Origin: Wallemia ichthyophaga EXF-994
Lineage: Eukaryota; Fungi; Basidiomycota
Reading direction: 5' to 3'
Assembly: GCF_000400465.1 (NCBI RefSeq)
Contig: NW_008806276.1
Coordinates: 206,001-268,000 of the forward strand
Length of the DNA: 62,000 bases
Shown: one piece after another, positions 12,790 through 23,890 of the stretch
Numbering within the stretch: position 1 is the first letter of the stretch
Layout of the letters: every line of letters begins with the position of its first letter
Program-made: the position numbers and the translations under genes
The notes under the pieces: generated by a model
The model's database searches: none
The model's input: the letters and a program-made list of their open reading frames with translations, nothing else
What the model was told of the DNA's origin: nothing

Positions 12790-14428
12790 ATGACAAAACC
12801 AGAAAATAAATACGAAGCAAAGTTTGAGTGGTTAGTCAGGAAATCGCTGTGTATTTAACGCTTAAATACCCCTGCAGGCATGATAGATCCGCCCACGACG
12901 TTCACCTCCAAGGAAGTTTCACGGGATGGATGAATGACAGCAATATCCCATTGAAGAAAGGCCAAGATGGCGTTTGGAGGGCTAGTCACTACGTAACCTA
13001 CTCAGCGAAACAGTAAGCCAACCAAACGCGTTTGAATTGGGCTTACACGTTTAATACAGCCAATATCGCTATAAAGTGAATGGGGAGTGGAAGATTGATC
13101 CACGCGTTGAGTCGTCGCATGGCAGTCCACTCAACGTCCTGGTCAACTACTTTTTCGCTCCAAATCAACCACCGTCGTCGAATAGAGCAGACAAGAAGAA
13201 AAACAAGAGGAAAACTAAGAAGGCTTTGAAGGGCGTCGATAGCCATGGTAATGAAACCCATGGCAACGACAGCCACGATGACAGCAACAGCAACTCAGAC
13301 CATGACGATGATGCCGTTGAACACCTCACTGACCATCATTCCAAGTCTAAAAACCGCGTCTCTGCTAATACTACATCTTGGCCAGCTATTCCTGAGAAAC
13401 CTGAGAAAACTCACGCTCACTCTGACAAGCAGCATAACCAGAAGAAAGAGGATAACCAGAATAACCAAGATAAGGCTTTTGACGGCGTTGTTGCAGGTGC
13501 TACTGAGGGTGCCAAGAAAAACACCGCAGACACCTCATACACTCATCAACAAGAAGTATCCCCAGAAGATGAATCAAAATCGGCTCAAGACAAGGTTGTT
13601 TCACCTGCTCAAGATGGCCATCAAGAAGATCAGCACAAAGAATCAGCCACCACCGACACCAATGATACTAGCAACACCAATGAAACACCGGATAATGTTA
13701 CAGACGACACTAAAATCAACCCACCAATAACTGGCGTCGCTGCTCAAGTTCCAACAAATTCCAACACCACTGGTGAAGATGTCAAGCACAAGGTTGAGGA
13801 TGCTGAGAAGAACGTCGATGACGTCAAGAAGAATGGTGAGGCTAAGGCAGATGAGTCCAATAAGGATGTCCAAGACAAGGCAGCAGTTGCTAAGCAGGAT
13901 GCTGAGAAGAAGGAGGCTCAAGCTAAACAGGATGCTGAGAAGAAGGCGGCTCAGGCTAAGCAAGATGAAGAAAATAAAGCAGCTCAAGCCAAGCAGGATG
14001 CCGATAAGAAGACGGAAGAAGCCAAGAACTCAGCCGCCCAAGCTAAACAAGACGCTGATAAGAAAGCTCAGGAAGCCAAGAACTCGGCCGACCAAGCTAA
14101 ACAAGACGCCGACAAGAAGGCTGAAGAAGCCAAAGACTCCGCAGCCCAAGCTAAGGGCGAAGTAAAGGAAAGCGCCACTCAAGCTAAAGAGCAGGTGAAT
14201 ACCTCTGCCGCGCAGGCTCAAACCCAAGCAAACAGCAGTGCCGCACAGGCCCAAAACGAGGCAAACACAGTCAAGAAGGATGCCACGAATGCAGCTAAGG
14301 AGAGTGCCTCTGAAGCTAAAACTGAGTCTAAAGAGGCAGTCAAAGAAGCCACTGAGAGGAAGCCTTCGCTGCCAAAGAGAATATCAAAACGTATCTCTGG
14401 AATGCTGCACCTTGGAAGTAAGAAGTAA
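12790..14428 (+). CDS. AMPK-beta/CBM48-like glycogen-binding domain protein with a long hydrophilic repeat tail (Crp1/Mdg1-like)
   Basis: Spliced N-terminus FEW...HDVHLQGSFTGW...QYRYKVNGEWKIDP fits the AMPK1_CBM pattern; followed by a charged, Ala/Lys/Gln-rich tail. Confidence 0.75.
13889..14149 (+). repeat. Coding tandem repeat: 3 x 33 bp then 3 x 54 bp, each unit beginning AKQD
   Basis: AKQDAEKKEAQ / AKQDAEKKAAQ / AKQDEENKAAQ / AKQDADKKTEEAKNSAAQ / AKQDADKKAQEAKNSADQ / AKQDADKKAEEAKDSAAQ. Confidence 0.95.
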
Positions 14429-14572
14429 AGCTTAGAGCTTAAAGCGAGACTTAATGCCCAATCCTACTAATTTAACTGTATCTACTTATAATTTTAATTT
14501 TAATAAACAAAATAAAATTTCACCTTATTAGTGTTGTCTCTGGCTTTGTCTATTTCCTTTAACACTACAGCG

Positions 14573-15665
14573 ATGAAAATAGCGATTGATTTCGATGACG
14601 TGATTAGCCAGACGAACAGAGCAATATGCGAGTGGCATAATGTGAGTGATACGCGGGGGGTTAAGGATTGTGCTGATATGTAACAATACAGCGGGTGTAC
14701 GGTACGCAATGGTCGATGGATGAATTCCACTGTAGGTGAAGTGCACTAGTAGCTGGCAGCTAACGGCTAACCAAAATAACTGCAGACTACCACTACTGGT
14801 GTGTGTCTTTCTATCCCTGCTTTTCTCATTTCTCATTTCTCCTTTTTTTCTAAATGACAGGAAAAATCCCGGTTGGGGTACGCCAGCGGAGTGTCAGGAG
14901 AAAGTGCGGGCATTCTACAGTGATCCGAAGGGTCTGCACAGCACGCAGCCCGTCGCCGGTGTCAAAGAAGCTTTATTGGCACTCCAAGCGCAAGGACACG
15001 ATCTGGTGATTGTGACTGCACGCAGTCGCAGCCAGCGCGCAATGACGACAGAGTGGCTAAGTCTGCATCTCGGTGGACTGTTTGATGAGCTCTACTTTGT
15101 CGGTCAGTTTGAGGAGGAAAAGGGGGAGCATTACGGGGAAACAAAGGAGGAGCACGGCGGAGATGGAGAGACGCAGGAGAAGGCGCAGGATCAGACACAG
15201 GACACACTCAAACACACCTCCAAGCACCCCTCCAAAGCTGATATCATCGACGGAATCGATGCTGAGGTGCTCATAGACGATTCGTTGGAGAACGCCTTAG
15301 AATGCGCCAGGCACACGCGCACAAGGGGTGTATTGGCGCGCACACAAACACCTATACGCACCCTTCTCTTTTCGCCACTCCCACCCACACAAAACATCCC
15401 CATCTACCACTATCCGTGGAATGTGGAGGTGTCGCGGGTGGATAATCAGCTCGACCACCTCAGTTATGCTGAGAGGAGGGCGCGCGGATTGAAAACAGGA
15501 GAAAGCAGAGAACCGACTCAGCTGCCTCAGTTTGTAGAGAGAGTCGAGGGCTGGAAGGGTGTTACGCGCTGGTTTGCTCATGCTAATGCTAATACTCATG
15601 CTAACGTTGATGCTCACACCCACCCACACACACACACACAACAACCTATCAAGGTAGAAGCCTAG
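14573..15665 (+). CDS. HAD-superfamily 5'(3')-nucleotidase-like protein (includes a 13-nt micro-exon)
   Basis: Motif I MKIAIDFDDVI, motif II LVIVTARS, KADII...LIDDSLEN; spliced EFHYYHYWKNPGWG. Confidence 0.8.
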
Positions 15666-15724
15666 TATAGCGTCATGGAATGTAATTTGTAATGAATTAA
15701 ACACAATACACGCAATGTAATTCC

Positions 15725-16810
15725 TTATACATACCCCTGTAACGCAGCTACCTCTGCATTCATGACAGATGAAGTAGCAGCGCCGATTTGGACGTTATTA
15801 GCGAGAACGACAAACTTGATATCGAAGAGGGCGTCCCCTCTAACGCGACCGACGTTCACACCCGCGCCGTTCTGGTGGTCTCTGTCGAGGCGTGGCTGAG
15901 GTCTATCTTGTTCTTGGTGGACGGTGATGACCTGTTGTGGGGCAGAAGGAGCTCCTACGTGCTGAGCATCGCAGGTGTAAGCCGACAAAGCTTCCATGAC
16001 CTGCTGCGGTGATGGTTTCACCTTAGATGCAAATTTTACACCTGCACACACAGTGTGACCATCGATCACAGGCACGCGGTTGCACGTAGCTGAGACTGTG
16101 AGCGGGGATTGTGCGTGGTAGTCGAATGCATCATTTTGCGCGCTCACCCCACCGAGGATCTTGTACGTCTCCCACTCCATCTTGTCCTCCTCGCTGCCAA
16201 TGTATGGGACGACATTGTCGAGTATGTCGAGACTAGGAAGACCGGGGTAGCCACTGCCGGAGATAGCCTGGAGAGTTGTGGCTTGGACTTGCTCAAGTGG
16301 ACCGAACGCCTTTTCGAGTGCGGCGAGCGGGACAACGAGGGCTGTAGTGGAGCAGTTGGCGTTGGCGACAATGTAGCCTTTAGTGAGACCCAAAGACTTC
16401 TGCTGGGCTGGCAACACGCTGTAGTGGGAAGTGTTTATGAGTGGAACAACGAGCGGTACGAGTGGATCGCGGCGGTAGTTCTTAGCGTTGGAAAACACAG
16501 CAACGTGTGCATTTCTAAGGGCATCTTCAATTGGGCCAGCGACGTCGTGATCGAGACCAGAGAAAACGATGTCACATTGTTGGAAGTGCTCGACGGTACA
16601 TTCCTCAACTTGCATACGCTGTACACTCTCTGGAATTTGTTTAACTTGCTTCCATTTGGTTACGTCTCTATACGCCTTCCCCGCAGAGCGTGAGCTGGCA
16701 CCCAAAGCCACAAGCTTAAAGAAAGGATGATTGTGTAAATGAAGTATAAATCTCTGTCCCACTGTCCCCGTAGCACCAAGTACACCAACTTTGTATTCTC
16801 CCTTTAACAT
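15725..16810 (-). CDS. HOM2: Aspartate-semialdehyde dehydrogenase (intronless)
   Basis: VGVLGATGTVGQRF, SNAKNYR, NANCST, QAISGSGYPG, SATCNRVPVIDGH, GAATSSVMNAE. Confidence 0.97.
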   Translation of the reverse strand: MLKGEYKVGVLGATGTVGQRFILHLHNHPFFKLVALGASSRSAGKAYRDVTKWKQVKQIPESVQRMQVEECTVEHFQQCDIVFSGLDHDVAGPIEDALRNAHVAVFSNAKNYRRDPLVPLVVPLINTSHYSVLPAQQKSLGLTKGYIVANANCSTTALVVPLAALEKAFGPLEQVQATTLQAISGSGYPGLPSLDILDNVVPYIGSEEDKMEWETYKILGGVSAQNDAFDYHAQSPLTVSATCNRVPVIDGHTVCAGVKFASKVKPSPQQVMEALSAYTCDAQHVGAPSAPQQVITVHQEQDRPQPRLDRDHQNGAGVNVGRVRGDALFDIKFVVLANNVQIGAATSSVMNAEVAALQGYV

Positions 16811-16877
16811 TTCAATATTCGTTGGCTGATTTGACGCGAGAAATCTTCTTCCCCCTCAACCACCAAACGATCACATA

Positions 16878-18160
16878 ATGCCAGCCGCAGTGACTCACCA
16901 AGCCAACAAAACTCTCCCAGACGGTCATTTCCTCTTTACTTCTGGTGCGTCTATTCCCACCTATAACATTCTTCTCATTCCCCTTTAGAATCCGTCGGTG
17001 AAGGTCACCCAGACAAGATTTGCGATCAAGTTTCAGACGCTATTCTTGACGCTTGCCTGAGAGAAGACCCTTTCTCAAAGGTTGCATGCGAAACTGCTGC
17101 CAAGACTGGTATGATTATGGTCTCTCTTTTTTTTTCTTAGGTTTTTCACTCCTCACACACCATACAGGTCTTTGGTGAAATCACAACCAAGGCACACGTT
17201 GACTACCAATCTGTTATTCGCCAAACCATCAAGGAAATCGGCTACGATGATTCTGAAAAGGGCTTTGATTACAAGACATGTAACGTCCTTGTAGCTATCG
17301 AGCAACAGTCCCCAGATATCGCCCAAGGTCTTGACCACGGTGCGCTCGAGAACCTCGGTGCAGGTGATCAGGGTATTATGTTCGGTTATGCTACCGACGA
17401 GACACCTGAGTGTATGCCATTGACCATCTCACTCGCCCACAAACTCAACCAGGCGTTGGCTGTAGCACGTCGCACCGGTCAGCTTCCATGGGTTCGTCCA
17501 GACACCAAGACACAAGTCACGGTCGAGTACAAGAAGGAAGGCGGTGCAGTGATCCCAAAGCGCGTAGACACAGTCGTCGCCTCGCTTCAACACAGCGACG
17601 ATATCTCCACCGAGCAATTGCGCACAGAAGTTCTCGAGAAGATTATCAAACAGGTTATTCCCGCTGACCTCCTCGACGAGCACACCATCTACCACATTCA
17701 ACCATCCGGTCGCTTCGTCATTGGTGGTCCACAAGGTGACGCTGGTCTTACCGGCCGCAAGATCATTGTAGACACTTACGGTGGCTGGGGTGCACACGGT
17801 GGTGGTGCATTCTCTGGTAAGGATTTCTCCAAGGTAGACAGATCTGCCGCGTACACGGGTAGATGGATAGCCAAATCACTCGTCAAGGCTGGCCTCGTGC
17901 AGCGCTGTCTTGTGCAGTTGTCCTATGCTATCGGTGTGGCTGAGCCCCTCTCCGTCTTTGTCGACTCGTACAGCACCGCCAAGCAAGGTCACAGCGATGC
18001 ACAGCTCGTCGAAATTGTTAGAAATAACTTCAACCTCAAGCCAGGTGTTATCGTTAAAGCTCTCAACCTCCAACGCCCTATCTACAACGAGACGGCTAAA
18101 TATGGTCACTTCGGTCACCAAGGCGACTCATGGGAACAGCCTGCCGAGATCAAGTACTAG
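16878..18160 (+). CDS. SAM1: S-adenosylmethionine synthetase (3 exons)
   Basis: FLFTS|[58 protein letters not shown]. Confidence 0.98.
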
Positions 18161-18679
18161 AGTGTCACATAAGGATTCAACCTCCCGTTTAAAAACACCA
18201 ACACCGTTCCATAGAAAGCTTACATATCCCTCCCCTTTCTTTCCTTCTTTGACTTGATTGTAAACATTGTACTTATAAACGTTCAACCGTGCTATCTTTG
18301 TGGTGTGCTAGTTGCCTGCCTAGAGAAGCTGCAGATTGCTTCCACTTTATTATGTATTTTCAGATTTTAAGCATCGTAGTAATTTTGTGTATGAGGGACA
18401 AACTTGCACTTAAAAATGTCTCCTTCAGCTAAAAGCTCCAATTCATTCGCGTTGATAGATGACATTTTCAAGGCTTTTAGGGCATATTGTCTAATCGAAC
18501 CACTGACATGTAATTTGATAGACATTGCAGAAAATAATCAGATTTCAAGCGAATTTGTTGTGAAAGTTAAAGATGTATCCAATAAAACTAATTTAGCTGC
18601 TAAGGATTTAGCAGCCGAAAATTAAGATAAAATTTTTTGGTGTTCGTAAATTACATTGGTCACTGAGATAACAAGGCAG

Positions 18680-20419
18680 CTAAGCATCTAAGCTGTCCAA
18701 CTGCTGTATAAACTGATGGAGGAAGGACATTGACTGGATATGAGCATCTTTATGTACGCGTTCATTGACAGTGTGTCTGTGGTGTGGTTGGTTAGATGTG
18801 AAAATCGATCAAGCTCGAACGCACATGTCCTTGGTCAAACTCGCATCGAAAGCCTCAAAGCGGAAGATATTCCTTGTGAGACGCCAATAATGGCGAGTGT
18901 CAGTATTACCGGCCATGAGATGAGGGCTGACGACGAGATCACCACCGAAGACATTCCTGAGAGAACCTACGAGTGTATCCCACACGTGACCACTCGTTGG
19001 TGTGTTGGGCGCGGGGTCGAGGGGGCTACCGAACACCTCCACCTGCACTGTACCGACGCCAAGTTCCGCGTCACCGACCAGCTTCCCGTCGAAACCCACA
19101 AAAGCCATCCCGAGCTCCTCAGCGTAGGGTTGTAGGAGGGATGTGAGATGCTCCTTCAAGCCGTGCACACTCCCCGCGACATCTATGCGCTGGTTGAAGA
19201 CAGCGGACGCGACTTCCGGGAGTGCGTTAACCTTGACTCCCCCCGCAATGAGATCAGCAGCCTGACTCGTCTGGATGAGGTAGCGGTCGCGCACATCGTG
19301 CTCTGCCACAGTGCGCGCTGCCTCCCCCCACAGACGCGTATTGGGAAGCTGTTGGCGTAAATGGGGATCAATCGCATCGAGCGATGCGGGGGAGTGTTCG
19401 AGCAGACACTGCAGATGTGTTGTGAAGGGGTTCTCCACGGCGAGGTGGGGTGCATGGGGATGTGCCTCCATGTGTGCTATTAGCTGTGCGAGGTATCCGA
19501 TAGACGTGTGGGGAGGTGGGATTGAGGAGTGGCCCCCGCGCGTCGCCACTGACACCTTCACATCTAAATACCCCTTCTCCTTCACGGCTGGAAGGGCAAA
19601 GGGGGTGGAGTGGCTGTGCAGGTCTAGCAAACCACCTTCGTCGAGCACTGCAATAGCGATATCACTGTCACTGTCACTAGTGGCGTACTTGTCGTGAATG
19701 CGCTCGCTAAGGTGCTTCGCACCCCGAGGGCCGCTTATTTCTTCATCGAAGCCGAACGACAGGATGATAGTGCGGCGTGGAGTAAACCCGGCATTAATGA
19801 GACCCTCAATTACTTCATAGATAGACAGGAGGAGGTTCTTGCAGTCGCCAGCGCCGCGGCCGTGCACCCAGCCATCGGGATCGATGTGACCCGAGAAGGG
19901 AGGCGCATCCCATCTGTCGACGGAGGTGGGGTCTACAGGTACGACATCCGCGTGCGCCATCAGAATAAGTGGTTTGAGGGACGCATCACTCCCGCGCCAT
20001 TCGTAGAGATTGCCATAATGGTTCACTGTCTCGTGAGAGAGCGTGGCATGGACTGCAGGGAAAGCGCGCTGGAGGAAGGCGTAAAAAGGCGGGAAAGTGT
20101 CGTAGCGTGTGTCGTTGCCGGGCTCGCGGAAATCGTCGTAGGAAATTGTCGGATAAGTGACACTCTCGCTCCAGCGCTCGATACTGCCATCAGGAACGCG
20201 GAAAGGGATAGCAGGGGAAGGGAGTGATGGTGCCTGTGCTGGACATTGAATCGGACTATCTGCTGCTGCTTTATCCGCCGAAGAATTGGAAAATAGCAGC
20301 GCGATGCGTGAGATGAGGTAAAGCGAGAGAATGACGCCAGCGATGAGAGGTCTCTTCCATCTGCTAGAATACGCTGCTGCTGCCGCTGCTGGGCGCGGAA
20401 GCGATTGCTTATCGGACAT
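18680..20419 (-). CDS. CPS1: Gly-Xaa carboxypeptidase S (M20 family), type II membrane anchor; one 3' intron
   Basis: LILMAHADVVPV, HGRGAGDCK, FGFDEEISG, DEGG, GGHSSIPP, GGVKVNALPE, AGNTDTRHYW; last exon IHTVNER...LDA* ends at 18680. Confidence 0.92.
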
Positions 20420-20510
20420 GGTGGTAGTGGAGATACCATCAATCACATCATCCAATTGCACAAGTTATTCATAATAAATCAGCGGCAAAAATACTGTGAT
20501 TTATGCTGTA

Positions 20511-20611
20511 TCACGTATTCATTTCAATCGTGGGCTCATTCATCACTCAGGAATTTCCACTTTGAGGCTTTCGATGGGAGTTTGACGCAGGTGGACAGCT
20601 TAGAGGCTGAG
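20511..20611 (+). pseudogene. Inverted, internally deleted relic of the CPS1 3' end
   Basis: 20556-20586 matches the CPS1 sense sequence (reverse complement of 18834-18865) at about 30 of 32 nt; 20588-20611 matches the reverse complement of 18680-18703 at 21 of 24 nt. Confidence 0.85.
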
Positions 20612-21459
20612 CATAACGGTCATCTTAGTATTTCCCTTGCAAATGAATTATGAAATGACTTCAAGAATTGTGGACTAGTTGCTTTCAAGGGGCGCATATA
20701 TAAGACCTTGATGACAAACAAGGGTTTCTCTACCTTATTAGAAAACATCAACAAAATTCTCGATTCCTCAATTAGCACTGGGATATCCGACTTTGATTTG
20801 TTTGAAAAGCATTGTGCGTATAAGTCTCACTCACTTCTTCGTTATAGAGACCAGCTCAATGACAAGGATTGATCATGGCTAAGAATCGAGAATTATGTGG
20901 CCAACAGTTATCATGCCCAAGACACAATCACTCAATCTTCTGGCTAGTCTCATTGCAACATATGAATAGAGTGTTTTGACTTTCAGCTACCATTTCTTCG
21001 ACGACTACGTAAATTATATCTTGGATACTTCTTTCACTTTCTTATCGTCCTTTGTTGTAAAACGTTCATTTTCTATCATAATGATTGACCACTCCGCATC
21101 AGTTCATGGAATTCATACTCGTTTTGAAGCAGGTACATGGCAATTTGTCCTTCTTAAACTTAACCGATTTATTACATGCTACTTCCCATCATTCATGCGC
21201 GTCCATTAATGTGGCTCGAGATGAAGGTGTGGAGCAGCGCCACGATGTTTGCTTAAGCTGTTAAAAAGTCATCAATGAACGGACACGAATGAATCAAGTA
21301 ATGTGTCAGAGAAATCTGTCAAATGCGTAGGTATATGGGATTTATGTTATGAATATTTGTAACATTTTCACTAACATCGGAAACATAGAAATGTATCGCG
21401 CGAAAGCAATCGAGACTGAAAATAATCTATCTGATAATATTCATCTGATTAATTTTCAG

Positions 21460-22085
21460 CTTGATACACGCCTTGAATACCTCTCCTGACGTCCGCAGGG
21501 GCCTGGATGAGGTGGAGTTGTTTTTATAGGAGATCGAACATTGGCAGGTGATCAAGAAATCAGGGGACTTATTTCGGTGGTCGCCAATAGGTTAAACTCA
21601 GATCAAGCGCTAATAATCTATATCTGCATATCTTATAGGTGACTCGGTTCCTGCATTTTCATTTCGATGCCGATGTCTCAATACTTCAGACTGTATCAGC
21701 TTTCACGAGCAGCTTTATTAATTACATAGGTAATTCTAATTTAGCCCCGACCATCACTCACTATGTTCAATCAAAGATAAGACTTTATACCATTGGTATT
21801 GTCAGGGCTCGTTTAGTAGATACCAGGGTGTCCTGAGACTTTATCCTAGTATTTGAGCTCTTTTTCAACAAATTATCCATCAACAGTATCCAAATTGCCC
21901 AGATCGCTCTGATACCCGACCAAATGAACACATTATTAAACTCTAGTTCTAATTTCATAGGCTTTCAAGACTCTCGAATAAACTCTTTAACAGATATTTG
22001 TTCAGATGGCACTTACTTAGATGCTCATTCGCTTAGCTATCCAACGGCTGTTGACAAATATCAAGTTATTAATATCTCGAAATAA
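21460..22085 (+). pseudogene. Candidate decayed lineage-specific gene
   Basis: Frame 21639-22085 (149 codons) has a single internal TGA at 21834-21836 and follows an intron-like acceptor (GCTAAT...TTATAG). The putative upstream exon carries an in-frame TAG. No family recognised. Confidence 0.4.
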
Positions 22086-22463
22086 ACGCATTGATAGACA
22101 GAATTAGCCTAGCTGTAGACATATTTCCCCCATCCGACAATAAGCGATTTACTCATCTAAAATATCCAAACGAAGGTTATGTATACATATAAGTAGAGGT
22201 GTACAAGTATTATGGTCCATCCATTCTAGTCCTTCCTGGTACCAGAAATGAGTGTTACAGATGAGATTTTTTTTGATTAATAGACGCGTCATTTTCCCAA
22301 TGACTAGCGACTGAAACTTGAAGACTTGATAGAAAAGAAAAATAAAAGCGTATCGTCCATTTCAAGAAGACTCCAAGAATCCAAGACTCTATCGGATGTA
22401 CGTCGTTGAAGCGTGAGTAAACATAAATTGTTCATAATTTGCAATTACTTATCGTGCAGCCAT

Positions 22464-23890
22464 CTAAATGGACAATGCAATAATAGTGGTGAGAGTAATT
22501 GCAATAGGGAGGATGAAGGCTGGTTGGTAGCTAGATGGAGCGGCGGATTCGCCGAAGCTGTCAGCATCGCCTACAGTCTGAGACGGCACTGTGCCAGCTT
22601 CAGTTTGGCTAGCCTTTGCATTTTCTGAAAGTTCCGCAAAACCGACAGCTGGTGGAGAGTATCTGAAGACAGTGTAGTAGTTCTTCATGAACGTGTCACC
22701 GAGGACCCACTCGAGACGGTTGTCAGTACCTTGAGTAGAACCAGAGCTGAGTGCAAATATTGCACCCTGGCAAGTCCCGTCGCTAGACTCGTTAAATTTG
22801 AGATCTTCAGGGTTGACTGCGTAAGGTGTACCATCGATTACAATCTCAATATTGGGATTCGTGGTGCAAGGGTAGAACCAATAGCCTTGGTAGTTGCCAG
22901 TGCCCTCTTGTGCGCCTTCAACAGCCTCCCAGATCTTTGCAATGTCGTCGTGAGGACCGCCGATGAGGGTAGTACCAGAATCAACACCTGCGCCGACAGT
23001 GATAGACGGGGAAAAAGCAGTAGAACCATCGACATTAATAGCGGTCATTTTAACTCTCCACCAGTCTTCACCCAAAATGCTGTGGTAAGAGACGTTGCCT
23101 GTGTAGAGCGAGTCGTCGAGTTCACCTAGAGTGAAGACACCGCCGGGTTCCAAAGACTGAGCCTGTCTGTTGGAACGCATACGTGTGAGATAGAATGACA
23201 TGGTATGGTCATCGCTGATCTGGCCATTCTGGACGAGTTGCTCCCAGAAAGGAGTACCGACATCTTGGGACAATTTGGCCCAAGCGAGACCCATGATACC
23301 CGAGACAGGAGCAGAAATGAGAGACGAGGTGACCTGATCGACGATGGCCAATGGGGAAGACGAGAGTTTGTAAGCGCCCAATTGAACGTCATCGGTAGCA
23401 TCGTAACCAAAAGCCTGTCCGGAGCCGTAAGTGACGGAGAATCCGTCCGTCCTGTTCTCAAAAGTGCTGCTGGTTTCGGGATCGTAGCCATTTCCAAACT
23501 TACCTTCCTCGGCGTCCGAGAGAGCCGAGTCGATGATCCACAGAGCCGAGGAGCCCGTATCTAGAATGACTTGGAACGTCTGCTGCGGGGTGCCGATGCC
23601 GATAGTCGCGTAGTAAGCGCTGTTGAATGATTAGATTATGTCATATGTGATCAATAACCCTAGACTCACGCATCGATATTTTGGTTTGTGAGTGCGATAA
23701 TTGATCTGGTGGACATTCTCTCGCGGCCGAGAAGCAATGGATGGCCGTACTTAGCACGCTGCTTGAGGCCTTGAGCGTATGCCCATTCCTGTGTGTCTGA
23801 ATTGCGTATGGAGTGGTAGATTGGGAGAGAGACGCTGCTAGCGAGCGCGACTGCAATCTCTGCAGCCAAAATTATTATTTTCAACAACAT
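22464..23890 (-). CDS. Secreted, probably GPI-anchored aspartic protease (pepsin A1 / yapsin-like; 2 exons)
   Basis: Signal peptide, YYATIGIGTPQQTFQVILDTGSS, second catalytic VDSGTT, WVLGDTFMKNYYTVF, Ser-rich stalk and hydrophobic C-terminus. Confidence 0.93.

Noticed and set aside
21000-21040. Minus-strand RYNLRSRR peptide reminiscent of retroelement C-termini
   Set aside because: There are no LTRs, terminal repeats or RT/integrase/transposase motifs nearby, and the match is too short to support a mobile element.
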